From NCBI GenBank assembly GCA_964016885.1, contig OZ024742.1, forward strand, positions 12,648,001 through 12,712,000: DNA of 64,000 bases, in the 5' to 3' direction. The translations under genes and the position numbers were made by a program. Numbering within the stretch: the first letter of the stretch is position 1; each line of letters starts with the position of its first letter. The stretch comes from Eledone cirrhosa. Its lineage: Eukaryota. A model generated the notes under the pieces. It saw only the letters and a list, made by a program, of their open reading frames with translations. It was not told the origin of the DNA and ran no database searches. Positions 34,901 through 49,900 of this stretch are shown one piece after another.

Positions 34901-37900
34901 CTCATGTTTGCCATGCCTGATATAGATTATATCTAAACAGCAAGCCTTGTAAAGAGCCTCATATTTGCCATGACTGATATAGATTATATCTAAACAGCAG
35001 GCAAGCCTTGTAAAGAGCCTCATATTTGCCATGCCTGATATAGATTATATCTAAACAGCAAGCCTTGTAAAGGGCCTCATGTTTGCCATGCCTGATATAG
35101 ATTATATCTAAACAGCAGGCAAGCCTTGTAAAGGGCCTCATGTTTGCCATGCCTGATATAGATTATATCTAAACAGCAAGCCTTGTAAAGGGCCTCATGT
35201 TTGCCATGCCTGATATAGATTATATCTAAACAGCAAGCCTTGTAAAGAGCCTCATGTTTGCCATCCCTGATATAGATTATATCTAAACAGCAAGCCTTGT
35301 AAAGAGCCTCATGTTTGCCATGCCTGATATAGATTATATCTAAACAGCAAGCCTTGTAAAGAGCCTCATGTTTGCCATGCCTGATATAGATTATATCTAA
35401 ACAGCAAGCCTTGTAAAGAGCCTCATGTTTGCCATGCCTGATATAGATTATATCTAAACAGCAAGCCTTGTAAAGGGCCTTATGTTTGCCACGCCTGATA
35501 TAGATTATATCTAAACAGCAGACAAGCCTTGTAAAGGGCCTCATGTTTGCCATGCCTGATATAGATTATATATAAACAGCAAGCCTTGTAAAGGGCCTCA
35601 TGTTTGCCATGCCTGATATAGATTATATCTAAACAGCAAGCCTTGTAAAGAGCCTCATGTTTGCCATGCCTGATATAGATTACATCTAAACAGCAGGCAA
35701 GCCTTGTAAAGAGTCTTATGTTTGCCATGCCTGATATAGATTATATCTAAACAGCAAGCGTTGTAAAGAGCCTCATGTTTGCCATGCCTGATATAGATTA
35801 TATCTAAACAGCAAGCCTTGTAAAGAGCCTCATGTTTGCCATGCCTGATATAGATTATATCTAAACAGCAAGCCTTGTAAAGGGCCTCATGTTTGCCATG
35901 CCTTATATAGATTATATCTAAACAACAAGCCTTGTAAAGGGCCTCATGTTTGCCATGCCTGATATAGATTATATCTAAACAGCAAGCCTTGTAAAGAGCC
36001 TCATGTTTGCCATGCCTGATATAGATTATATCTAAACAGCAAGCCTTGTAAAGGGCCTCATGTTTGCCATGCCTGATATAGATTATATCTAAACAGCAAG
36101 TCTTGTAAAGGGCCTCATGTTTGCCATGCCTGATATAGATTATATCTAAACAGCAGGCAAGTCTTGTAAAGAGCCTCATGTTTGCCATGCCTGAAATAGA
36201 TTACATCTAAACAGCAGGCAAGCCTTGTAAAGAGCCTCATGTTTGCCATGCCTGATATAGATTATATCTAAACAGCAGGCAAGCCTTGTAAAGAGCCTCA
36301 TGTTTGCCATGCCTGATATAGATTATATCTAAACAGCAGGCAAGCCTTGTAAAGAGCCTCATGTTTGCCATGCCTGATATAGATTATATCTAAACAGCAG
36401 GCAAGCCTTGTAAAGAGCCTCATGTTTGCCATGCCTGATATAGATTATATCTAAGCAGCAGGCAAGCCTTGTAAAGAGCCTCATATTTGCCATGCCTGAT
36501 ATAGATTATATCTAAACAGCAGGCAAGCCTTGTAAAGAGCCTCATGTTTGCCATGCATGATATAGATTATATCTAAACAGCAGGCAAGCCTTGTAAAGGG
36601 CCTCATGTTTGCCATGCCTGATATAGATTATATCTAAACAGCAAGCCTTGTAAAGAGCCTCATATTTGCAATGACTGATATAGATTATATCTAAACAGCA
36701 GGCAAGCCTTGTAAAGAGCCTCATATTTGCCATGCCTGATATAGATTATATCTAAACAGCAGGCAAGCCTTGTAAAGAGCCTCATGTTTGCCATGCCTGA
36801 TATAGATTATATCTAAACAGCAGGCAAGCCTTGTAAAGGGCCTCATGTTTGCCATGCCTGATATAGAGTATATCTAAACAGCAAGCCATGTAAAGGGCCT
36901 CATGTTTGCCATGCCTGTTATAGATTATATCTAAACAGCAGGCAAGCCTTGTAAAGGGCCTCATGTTTGCCATGCCTGATATAGATTATATCTAAACAGC
37001 AAGCCTTGTAAAGGGCCTCATGTTTGCCATGCCTGATATAGATTATATCTAAACAGCAGGCAAGCCTTGTAAAGGGCCTCATGTTTGCCATGCCTGATAT
37101 AGATTATATCTAAACAGCAAGCCTTGTAAAGAGCCTCATATTTGCCATGACTGATATAGATTATATCTAAACAGCAGGCAAGCCTTGTAAAGAGCCTCAT
37201 ATTTACCATGCCTGATATAGATTATATCTAAACAGCAGGCAAGCCTTGTAAAGAGCCTCATGTTTGCCATGCCTGATATAGATTATATCTAAACAGCAGG
37301 CAAGCCTTGTAAAGGGCCTCATGTTTGCCATGACTGATATAGAGTATATCTAAACAGCAAGCCATGTAAAGGGCCTCATGTTTGCCATGCCTGTTATAGA
37401 TTATATCTAAACAGCAGGCAAGCCTTGTAAAGGGCCTCATGTTTGCCATGCCTGATATAGATTATATCTAAACAGCAAGCCTTGTAAAGGGCCTCATGTT
37501 TGCCATGCCTGATATAGATTATATCTAAACAGCAAGCCTTGTAAAGAGCCTCATGTTTGCCATGCCTGATATAGATTATATCTAAACAGCAAGCCTTGTA
37601 AAGAGCCTCATGTTTGCCATGCCTGATATAGATTATATCTAAACATCAAGCCTTGTAAAGAGCCTCATGTTTGCTATGCCTGATATAGATTATATCTAAA
37701 CAGCAAGCCTTGTAAAGAGCCTCATGTTTGCCATGCCTGATATAGATTATATCTAAACAGCAGGCAAGCCTTTTAGAGAGCCTCATGTTTGCCATGCCTG
37801 ATATAGATTATATCTAAACAGCAGGCAAGCCTTGTAAAGAGCCTCATATTTGCCATGCCTGATATAGATTATATCTAAACAGCAGGCAAGCCTTGTAAAG

Positions 37901-40900
37901 AGCCTCATGTTTGCCATGCCTGATATAGATTATATCTAAACAGCAGGCAAGCCTTGTAAAGGGCCTCATGTTTGCCATGCCTGATATAGATTATATCTAA
38001 ACAGCAAGCCTTGTAAAGAGCCTCATATTTGCCATGCCTGATATAGATTATATCTAAACAGCAGGCAAGCCTTGTAAAGAGCCTCATATTTGCCATGCCT
38101 GATATAGATTATATCTAAACAGCAGGCAAGCCTTGTAAAGAGCCTCATGTTTGCCATGCCTGATATAGATTATATCTAAACAGCAGGCAAGCCTTGTAAA
38201 GGGCCTCATGTGTGCCATGCCTGATATAGAGTATATCTAAACAGCAAGCCATGTAAAGGGCCTCATGTTTTCCATGCCTGTTATAGATTATATCTAAACA
38301 GCAGGCAAGCCTTGTAAAGGGCCTCATGTTTGCCATGCCTGATATAGATTATATCTAAACAGCAAGCCTTGTAAAGGGCCTCATGTTTGCCATGCCTGAT
38401 ATAGATTATATCTAAACAGCAGGCAAGCCTTGTAAAGGGCCTCATGTTTGCCATGCCTGATATAGATTATATCTAAACAGCAAGCCTTGTAAAGGGCCTC
38501 ATGTTTGCCATGCCTGATATAGATTATATCTAAACAGCAAGCCTTGTAAAGAGCCTCATGTTTGCCATGCCTGATATAGATTATATCTAAACAGCAAGCC
38601 TTGTAAAGAGCCTCATGTTTGCCATGCCTGATATAGATTATATCTAAACAGCAAGCCTTGTAAAGAGCCTCATGTTTGCCATGCCTGATATAGATTATAT
38701 CTAAACAGCAAGCCTTGTAAAGAGCCTCATGTTTGCCATGCCTGATATAGATTATATCTAAACAGCAAGCCTTGTAAAGGGCCTTATGTTTGCCATGCCT
38801 GATATAGATTATATCTAAACAGCAGGCAAGCCTTGTAAAGGGCCTCATGTTTGCCATGCCTGATATAGATTATATATAAACAGCAAGCCTTGTAAAGGGC
38901 CTCATGTTTGCCATGCCTGATGTAGATTATATCTAAACAGCAAGCCTTGTAAAGAGCCTCATGTTTGCCATGCCTGATATAGATTACATCTAAACAGCAG
39001 GCAAGCCTTGTAAAGAGTCTTATGTTTGCCATGCCTGATATAGATTATATCTAAACAGCAAGCCCTGTAAAGAGCCTCATGTTTGCCATGCCTGATATAG
39101 ATTATATCTAAACAGCAAGCCTTGTAAAGAGCCTCATGTTTGCCATGCCTGATATAGATTATATCTAAACAGCAAGCCTTGTAAAGAGCCTCATGTTTGC
39201 CATGCCTGATATAGATTATATCTAAACAGCAGGCAAGCCTTGTAAAGAGCCTCATGTTTGCCATGCCTGATATAGATTATATCTAAACAGCAGGCAAGCC
39301 TTGTAAAGAGCCTCATGTTTGCCATGCCTGATATAGATTATATCTAAGCAGCAGGCAAGCCTTGTAAAGAGCCTCATATTTGTCATGCCTGATATAGATT
39401 ATATCTAAACAGCAGGCAAGCCTTGTAAAGAGCCTCATGTTTGCCATGCCTGATATAGATTATATCTAAACAGCAGGCAAGCCTTGTAAAGGGCCTCATG
39501 TTTGCCATGCCTGATATAGATTATATCTAAACAGCAAGCCTTGTAAAGAGCCTCATATTTGCCATGCCTGATATAGATTATATCTAAACAGCAGGCAAGC
39601 CTTGTAAAGAGCCTCATATTTGCCATGCCTGATATAGATTATATCTAAACAGCAGGCAAGCCTTGTAAAGAGCCTCATGTTTGCCATGCCTGATATAGAT
39701 TATATCTAAACAGCAGGCAAGCCTTGTAAAGGGCCTCATGTGTGCCATGCCTGATATAGAGTATATCTAAACAGCAAGCCATGTAAAGGGCCTCATGTTT
39801 TCCATGCCTGTTATAGATTATATCTAAACAGCAGGCAAGCCTTGTAAAGGGCCTCATGTTTGCCATGCCTGATATAGATTATATCTAAACAGCAAGCCTT
39901 GTAAAGGGCCTCATGTTTGCCATGCCTGATATAGATTATATCTAAACAGCAGGCAAGCCTTGTAAAGGGCCTCATGTTTGCCATCCCTGATATAGATTAT
40001 ATCTAAACAGCAAGCCTTGTAAAGAGCCTCATGTTTGCCATGCCTGATATAGATTATATCTAAACAGCAAGCCTTGTAAAGAGCCTCATGTTTGCCATGC
40101 CTGATATAGATTATATCTAAACAGCAAGCCTTGTAAAGAGCCTCATGTTTGCCATGCCTGATATAGATTATATCTAAACAGCAAGCCTTGTAAAGGGCCT
40201 TATGTTTGCCACGCCTGATATAGATTATATCTAAACAGCAGACAAGCCTTGTAAAGGGCCTCATGTTTGCCATGCCTGATATAGATTATATATAAACAGC
40301 AAGCCTTGTAAAGGGCCTCATGTTTGCCATGCCTGATATAGATTATATCTAAACAGCAAGCCTTGTAAAGAGCCTCATGTTTGCCATGCCTGATATAGAT
40401 TACATCTAAACAGCAGGCAAGCCTTGTAAAGAGTCTTATGTTGGCCATGCCTGATATAGATTATATCTAAACAGCAAGCGTTGTAAAGAGCCTCATGTTT
40501 GCCATGCCTGATATAGATTATATCTAAACAGCAAGCCTTGTAAAGAGCCTCATGTTTGCCATGCCTGATATAGATTATATCTAAACAGCAAGCCTTGTAA
40601 AGGGCCTCATGTTTGCCATGCCTTATATAGATTATATCTAAACAACAAGCCTTGTAAAGGGCCTCATGTTTGCCATGCCTGATATAGATTATATCTAAAC
40701 AGCAAGCCTTGTAAAGAGCCTCATGTTTGCCATGCCTGATATAGATTATATCTAAACAGCAAGCCTTGTAAAGGGCCTCATGTTTGCCATGCCTGATATA
40801 GATTATATCTAAACAGCAAGTCTTGTAAAGGGCCTCATGTTTGCCATGCCTGATATAGATTATATCTAAACAGCAGGCAAGTCTTGTAAAGAGCCTCATG

Positions 40901-43900
40901 TTTGCCATGCCTGAAATAGATTACATCTAAACAGCAGGCAAGCCTTGTAAAGAGCCTCATGTTTGCCATGCCTGATATAGATTATATCTAAACAGCAGGC
41001 AAGCCTTGTAAAGAGCCTCATGTTTGCCATGCCTGATATAGATTATATCTAAACAGCAGGCAAGCCTTGTAAAGAGCCTCATGTTTGCCATGCCTGATAT
41101 AGATTATATCTAAACAGCAGGCAAGCCTTGTAAAGAGCCTCATGTTTGCCATGCCTGATATAGATTATATCTAAGCAGCAGGCAAGCCTTGTAAAGAGCC
41201 TCATATTTGCCATGCCTGATATAGATTATATCTAAACAGCAGGCAAGCCTTGTAAAGAGCCTCATGTTTGCCATGCATGATATAGATTATATCTAAACAG
41301 CAGGCAAGCCTTGTAAAGGGCCTCATGTTTGCCATGCCTGATATAGATTATATCTAAACAGCAAGCCTTGTAAAGAGCCTCATATTTGCCATGACTGATA
41401 TAGATTATATCTAAACAGCAGGCAAGCCTTGTAAAGAGCCTCATATTTGCCATGCCTGATATAGATTATATCTAAACAGCAGGCAAGCCTTGTAAAGAGC
41501 CTCATGTTTGCCATGCCTGATATAGATTATATCTAAACAGCAGGCAAGCCTTGTAAAGGGCCTCATGTTTGCCATGCCTGATATAGATTATATCTAAACA
41601 GCAAGCCATGTAAAGGGCCTCATGTTTGCCATGCCTGTTATAGATTATATCTAAACAGCAGGCAAGCCTTGTAAAGGGCCTCATGTTTGCCATGCCTGAT
41701 ATAGATTATATCTAAACAGCAAGCCTTGTAAAGGGCCTCATGTTTGCCATGCCTGATATAGATTATATCTAAACAGCAGGCAAGCCTTGTAAAGGGCCTC
41801 ATGTTTGCCATGCCTGATATAGATTATATCTAAACAGCAAGCCTTGTAAAGAGCCTCATATTTGCCATGACTGATATAGATTATATCTAAACAGCAGGCA
41901 AGCCTTGTAAAGAGCCTCATATTTGCCATGCCTGATATAGATTATATCTAAACAGCAGGCAAGCCTTGTAAAGAGCCTCATGTTTGCCATGCCTGATATA
42001 GATTATATCTAAACAGCAGGCAAGCCTTGTAAAGGGCCTCATGTTTGCCATGACTGATATAGAGTATATCTAAACAGCAAGCCATGTAAAGGGCCTCATG
42101 TTTGCCATGCCTGTTATAGATTATATCTAAACAGCAGGCAAACCTTGTAAAGGGCCTCATGTTTGCCATGCCTGATATAGATTATATCTAAACAGCAAGC
42201 CTTGTAAAGGGCCTCATGTTTGCCATGCCTGATATAGATTATATCTAAACAGCAGGCAAGCCTTGTAAAGGGCCTCATGTTTGCCATGCCTGTTATAGAT
42301 TATATCTAAACAGCAAGCCTTGTAAAGGGCCTCATGTTTGCCATGCCTGATATAGATTATATCTAAACAGCAAGCCTTGTAAAGAGCCTCATGTTTGCCA
42401 TGCCTGATATAGATTATATCTAAACAGCAAGCCTTGTAAAGAGCCTCATGTTTGCCATGCCTGATATAGATTATATCTAAACATCAAGCCTTGTAAAGAG
42501 CCTCATGTTTGCTATGCCTGATATAGATTATATCTAAACAGCAAGCCTTGTAAAGAGCCTCATGTTTGCCATGCCTGATATAGATTATATCTAAACAACA
42601 GGCAAGCCTTGTAGAGAGCCTCATGTTTGCCATGCCTGATATAGATTATATCTAAACAGCAGGCAAGCCTTGTAAAGAGCCTCATATTTGCCATGCCTGA
42701 TATAGATTATATCTAAACAGCAGGCAAGCCTTGTAAAGAGCCTCATGTTTGCCATGCCTGATATAGATTATATCTAAACAGCAGGCAAGCCTTGTAAAGG
42801 TCCTCATGTTTGCCATGCCTGATATAGATTATATCTAAACAGCAAGCCTTGTAAAGAGCCTCATATTTGCCATGCCTGATATAGATTATATCTAAACAGC
42901 AGGCAAGCCTTGTAAAGAGCCTCATATTTGCCATGCCTGATATAGATTATATCTAAACAGCAGGCAAGCCTTGTAAAGAGCCTCATGTTTGCCATGCCTG
43001 ATATAGATTATATCTAAACAGCAGGCAAGCCTTGTAAAGGGCCTCATGTGTGCCATGCCTGATATAGAGTATATCTAAACAGCAAGCCATGTAAAGGGCC
43101 TCATGTTTTCCATGCCTGTTATAGATTATATCTAAACAGCAGGCAAGCCTTGTAAAGGGCCTCATGTTTGCCATGCCTGATATAGATTATATCTAAACAG
43201 CAAGCCTTGTAAAGGGCCTCATGTTTGCCATGCCTGATATAGATTATATCTAAACAGCAGGCAAGCCTTGTAAAGGGCCTCATGTGTGCCATGCCTGATA
43301 TAGAGTATATCTAAACAGCAAGCCATGTAAAGGGCCTCATGTTTTCCATGCCTGTTATAGATTATATCTAAACAGCAGTCAAGCCTTGTAAAGGGCCTCA
43401 TGTTTGCCATGCCTGATATAGATTATATCTAAACAGCAAGCCTTGTAAAGGGCCTCATGTTTGCCATGCCTGATATAGATTATATCTAAACAGCAGGCAA
43501 GCCTTGTAAAGGGCCTCATGTTTGCCATCCCTGATATAGATTATATCTAAACAGCAAGCCTTGTAAAGAGCCTCATGTTTGCCATGCCTGATATAGATTA
43601 TATCTAAACAGCAAGCCTTGTAAAGAGCCTCATGTTTGCCATGCCTGATATAGATTATATCTAAACAGCAAGCCTTGTAAAGAGCCTCATGTTTGCCATG
43701 CCTGATATAGATTATATCTAAACAGCAAGCCTTGTAAAGGGCCTTATGTTTGCCACGCCTGATATAGATTATATCTAAACAGCAGACAAGCCTTGTAAAG
43801 GGCCTCATGTTTGCCATGCCTGATATAGATTATATATAAACAGCAAGCCTTGTAAAGGGCCTCATGTTTGCCATGCCTGATATAGATTATATCTAAACAG

Positions 43901-46900
43901 CAAGCCTTGTAAAGAGCCTCATGTTTGCCATGCCTGATATAGATTACATCTAAACAGCAGGCAAGCCTTGTAAAGAGTCTTATGTTGGCCATGCCTGATA
44001 TAGATTATATCTAAACAGCAAGCGTTGTAAAGAGCCTCATGTTTGCCATGCCTGATATAGATTATATCTAAACAGCAAGCCTTGTAAAGAGCCTCATGTT
44101 TGCCATGCCTGATATAGATTATATCTAAACAGCAAGCCTTGTAAAGGGCCTCATGTTTGCCATGCCTTATATAGATTATATCTAAACAACAAGCCTTGTA
44201 AAGGGCCTCATGTTTGCCATGCCTGATATAGATTATATCTAAACAGCAAGCCTTGTAAAGAGCCTCATGTTTGCCATGCCTGATATAGATTATATCTAAA
44301 CAGCAAGCCTTGTAAAGGGCCTCATGTTTGCCATGCCTGATATAGATTATATCTAAACAGCAAGTCTTGTAAAGGGCCTCATGTTTGCCATGCCTGATAT
44401 AGATTATATCTAAACAGCAGGCAAGTCTTGTAAAGAGCCTCATGTTTGCCATGCCTGAAATAGATTACATCTAAACAGCAGGCAAGCCTTGTAAAGAGCC
44501 TCATGTTTGCCATGCCTGATATAGATTATATCTAAACAGCAGGCAAGCCTTGTAAAGAGCCTCATGTTTGCCATGCCTGATATAGATTATATCTAAACAG
44601 CAGGCAAGCCTTGTAAAGAGCCTCATGTTTGCCATGCCTGATATAGATTATATCTAAACAGCAGGCAAGCCTTGTAAAGAGCCTCATGTTTGCCATGCCT
44701 GATATAGATTATATCTAAGCAGCAGGCAAGCCTTGTAAAGAGCCTCATATTTGCCATGCCTGATATAGATTATATCTAAACAGCAGGCAAGCCTTGTAAA
44801 GAGCCTCATGTTTGCCATGCATGATATAGATTATATCTAAACAGCAGGCAAGCCTTGTAAAGGGCCTCATGTTTGCCATGCCTGATATAGATTATATCTA
44901 AACAGCAAGCCTTGTAAAGAGCCTCATATTTGCCATGACTGATATAGATTATATCTAAACAGCAGGCAAGCCTTGTAAAGAGCCTCATATTTGCCATGCC
45001 TGATATAGATTATATCTAAACAGCAGGCAAGCCTTGTAAAGAGCCTCATGTTTGCCATGCCTGATATAGATTATATCTAAACAGCAGGCAAGCCTTGTAA
45101 AGGGCCTCATGTTTGCCATGCCTGATATAGATTATATCTAAACAGCAAGCCATGTAAAGGGCCTCATGTTTGCCATGCCTGTTATAGATTATATCTAAAC
45201 AGCAGGCAAGCCTTGTAAAGGGCCTCATGTTTGCCATGCCTGATATAGATTATATCTAAACAGCAAGCCTTGTAAAGGGCCTCATGTTTGCCATGCCTGA
45301 TATAGATTATATCTAAACAGCAGGCAAGCCTTGTAAAGGGCCTCATGTTTGCCATGCCTGATATAGATTATATCTAAACAGCAAGCCTTGTAAAGAGCCT
45401 CATATTTGCCATGACTGATATAGATTATATCTAAACAGCAGGCAAGCCTTGTAAAGAGCCTCATATTTGCCATGCCTGATATAGATTATATCTAAACAGC
45501 AGGCAAGCCTTGTAAAGAGCCTCATGTTTGCCATGCCTGATATAGATTATATCTAAACAGCAGGCAAGCCTTGTAAAGGGCCTCATGTTTGCCATGACTG
45601 ATATAGAGTATATCTAAACAGCAAGCCATGTAAAGGGCCTCATGTTTGCCATGCCTGTTATAGATTATATCTAAACAGCAGGCAAACCTTGTAAAGGGCC
45701 TCATGTTTGCCATGCCTGATATAGATTATATCTAAACAGCAAGCCTTGTAAAGGGCCTCATGTTTGCCATGCCTGATATAGATTATATCTAAACAGCAGG
45801 CAAGCCTTGTAAAGGGCCTCATGTTTGCCATGCCTGTTATAGATTATATCTAAACAGCAAGCCTTGTAAAGGGCCTCATGTTTGCCATGCCTGATATAGA
45901 TTATATCTAAACAGCAAGCCTTGTAAAGAGCCTCATGTTTGCCATGCCTGATATAGATTATATCTAAACAGCAAGCCTTGTAAAGAGCCTCATGTTTGCC
46001 ATGCCTGATATAGATTATATCTAAACATCAAGCCTTGTAAAGAGCCTCATGTTTGCTATGCCTGATATAGATTATATCTAAACAGCAAGCCTTGTAAAGA
46101 GCCTCATGTTTGCCATGCCTGATATAGATTATATCTAAACAACAGGCAAGCCTTGTAGAGAGCCTCATGTTTGCCATGCCTGATATAGATTATATCTAAA
46201 CAGCAGGCAAGCCTTGTAAAGAGCCTCATATTTGCCATGCCTGATATAGATTATATCTAAACAGCAGGCAAGCCTTGTAAAGAGCCTCATGTTTGCCATG
46301 CCTGATATAGATTATATCTAAACAGCAGGCAAGCCTTGTAAAGGTCCTCATGTTTGCCATGCCTGATATAGATTATATCTAAACAGCAAGCCTTGTAAAG
46401 AGCCTCATATTTGCCATGCCTGATATAGATTATATCTAAACAGCAGGCAAGCCTTGTAAAGAGCCTCATATTTGCCATGCCTGATATAGATTATATCTAA
46501 ACAGCAGGCAAGCCTTGTAAAGAGCCTCATGTTTGCCATGCCTGATATAGATTATATCTAAACAGCAGGCAAGCCTTGTAAAGGGCCTCATGTGTGCCAT
46601 GCCTGATATAGAGTATATCTAAACAGCAAGCCATGTAAAGGGCCTCATGTTTTCCATGCCTGTTATAGATTATATCTAAACAGCAGGCAAGCCTTGTAAA
46701 GGGCCTCATGTTTGCCATGCCTGATATAGATTATATCTAAACAGCAAGCCTTGTAAAGGGCCTCATGTTTGCCATGCCTGATATAGATTATATCTAAACA
46801 GCAGGCAAGCCTTGTAAAGGGCCTCATGTTTGCCATGCCTGATATAGATTATATCTAAACAGCAAGCCTTGTAAAGGGCCTCATGTTTGCCATGCCTGAT

Positions 46901-49900
46901 ATAGATTATATCTAAACAGCAAGCCTTGTAAAGAGCCTCATGTTTGCCATGCCTGATATAGATTATATCTAAACAGCAAGCCTTGTAAAGAGCCTCATGT
47001 TTGCCATGCCTGATATAGATTATATCTAAACAGCAAGCCTTGTAAAGAGCCTCATGTTTGCCATGCCTGATATAGATTATATCTAAACAGCAAGCCTTGT
47101 AAAGAGCCTCATGTTTGCCATGCCTGATATAGATTATATCTAAACAGCAAGCCTTGTAAAGGGCCTTATGTTTGCCATGCCTGATATAGATTATATCTAA
47201 ACAGCAGGCAAGCCTTGTAAAGGGCCTCATGTTTGCCATGCCTGATATAGATTATATATAAACAGCAAGCCTTGTAAAGGGCCTCATGTTTGCCATGCCT
47301 GATGTAGATTATATCTAAACAGCAAGCCTTGTAAAGAGCCTCATGTTTGCCATGCCTGATATAGATTACATCTAAACAGCAGGCAAGCCTTGTAAAGAGT
47401 CTTATGTTTGCCATGCCTGATATAGATTATATCTAAACAGCAAGCCCTGTAAAGAGCCTCATGTTTGCCATGCCTGATATAGATTATATCTAAACAGCAA
47501 GCCTTGTAAAGAGCCTCATGTTTGCCATGCCTGATATAGATTATATCTAAACAGCAAGCCTTGTAAAGAGCCTCATGTTTGCCATGCCTGATATAGATTA
47601 TATCTAAACAGCAGGCAAGCCTTGTAAAGAGCCTCATGTTTGCCATGCCTGATATAGATTATATCTAAACAGCAGGCAAGCCTTGTAAAGAGCCTCATGT
47701 TTGCCATGCCTGATATAGATTATATCTAAGCAGCAGGCAAGCCTTGTAAAGAGCCTCATATTTGTCATGCCTGATATAGATTATATCTAAACAGCAGGCA
47801 AGCCTTGTAAAGAGCCTCATGTTTGCCATGCCTGATATAGATTATATCTAAACAGCAGGCAAGCCTTGTAAAGGGCCTCATGTTTGCCATGCTTGATATA
47901 GATTATATCTAAACAGCAAGCCTTGTAAAGAGCCTCATATTTGCCATGCCTGATATAGATTATATCTAAACAGCAGGCAAGCCTTGTAAAGAGCCTCATA
48001 TTTGCCATGCCTGATATAGATTATATCTAAACAGCAGGCAAGCCTTGTAAAGAGCCTCATGTTTGCCATGCCTGATATAGATTATATCTAAACAGCAGGC
48101 AAGCCTTGTAAAGGGCCTCATGTGTGCCATGCCTGATATAGAGTATATCTAAACAGCAAGCCATGTAAAGGGCCTCATGTTTTCCATGCCTGTTATAGAT
48201 TATATCTAAACAGCAGGCAAGCCTTGTAAAGGGCCTCATGTTTGCCATGCCTGATATAGATTATATCTAAACAGCAAGCCTTGTAAAGGGCCTCATGTTT
48301 GCCATGCCTGATATAGATTATATCTAAACAGCAGGCAAGCCTTGTAAAGGGCCTCATGTTTGCCATGCCTGATATAGATTATATCTAAACAGCAAGCCTT
48401 GTAAAGGGCCTCATGTTTGCCAGGCCTGATATAGATTATATCTAAACAGCAAGCCTTGTAAAGAGCCTCATGTTTGCCATGCCTGATATAGATTATATCT
48501 AAACAGCAAGCCTTGTAAAGAGCCTCATGTTTGCCATGCCTGATATAGATTATATCTAAACAGCAAGCCTTGTAAAGAGCCTCATGTTTGCCATGCCTGA
48601 TATAGATTATATCTAAACAGCAAGCCTTGTAAAGAGCCTCATGTTTGCCATGCCTGATATAGATTATATCTAAACAGCAAGCCTTGTAAAGGGCCTTATG
48701 TTGGCCATGCCTGATATAGATTATATCTAAACAGCAGGCAAGCCTTGTAAAGGGCCTCATGTTTGCCATGCCTGATATAGATTATATATAAACAGCAAGC
48801 CTTGTAAAGGGCCTCATGTTTGCCATGCCTGATATAGATTATATCTAAACAGCAAGCCTTGTAAAGAGCCTCATGTTTGCCATGCCTGATATAGATTACA
48901 TCTAAACAGCAGACAAGCCTTGTAAAGAGTCTTATGTTTGCCATGCCTGATATAGATTATATCTAAACAGCAAGCCCTGTAAAGAGCCTCATGTTTGCCA
49001 TGCCTGATATAGATTATATCTAAACAGCAAGCCTTGTAAAGAGCCTCATGTTTGCCATGCCTGATATAGATTATATCTAAACAGCAAGCCTTGTAAAGAG
49101 CCTCATGTTTGCCATGCCTGATATAGATTATATCTAAACAGCAGGCAAGCCTTGTAAAGAGCCTCATGTTTGCCATGCCTGATATAGATTATATCTAAAC
49201 AGCAGGCAAGCCTTGTAAAGAGCCTCATGTTTGCCATGCCTGATATAGATTATATCTAAGCAGCAGACAAGCCTTGTAAAGAGCCTCATATTTGTCATGC
49301 CTGATATAGATTATATCTAAACAGCAGGCAAGCCTTGTAAAGAGCCTCATGTTTGCCATGCCTGATATAGATTATATCTAAACAGCAGGCAAGCCTTGTA
49401 AAGGGCCTCATGTTTGCCATGCCTGATATAGATTATATCTAAACAGCAAGCCTTGTAAAGAGCCTCATATTTGCCATGCCTGATATAGATTATATCTAAA
49501 CAGCAGGCAAGCCTTGTAAAGAGCCTCATATTTGCCATGCCTGATATAGATTATATCTAAACAGCAGGCAAGCCTTGTAAAGAGCCTCATGTTTGCCATG
49601 CCTGATATAGATTATATCTAAACAGCAGGCAAGCCTTGTAAAGGGCCTCATGTGTGCCATGCCTGATATAGAGTATATCTAAACAGCAAGCCATGTAAAG
49701 GGCCTCATGTTTTCCATGCCTGTTATAGATTATATCTAAACAGCAGGCAAGCCTTGTAAAGAGCCTCATGTTTGCCATGCCTGATATAGATTATATCTAA
49801 ACAGCAGGCAAGCCTTGTAAAGAGCCTCATGTTTGCCATGCCTGATATAGATTATATCTAAACAGCAGGCAAGCCTTGTAAAGAGCCTCATGTTTGCCAT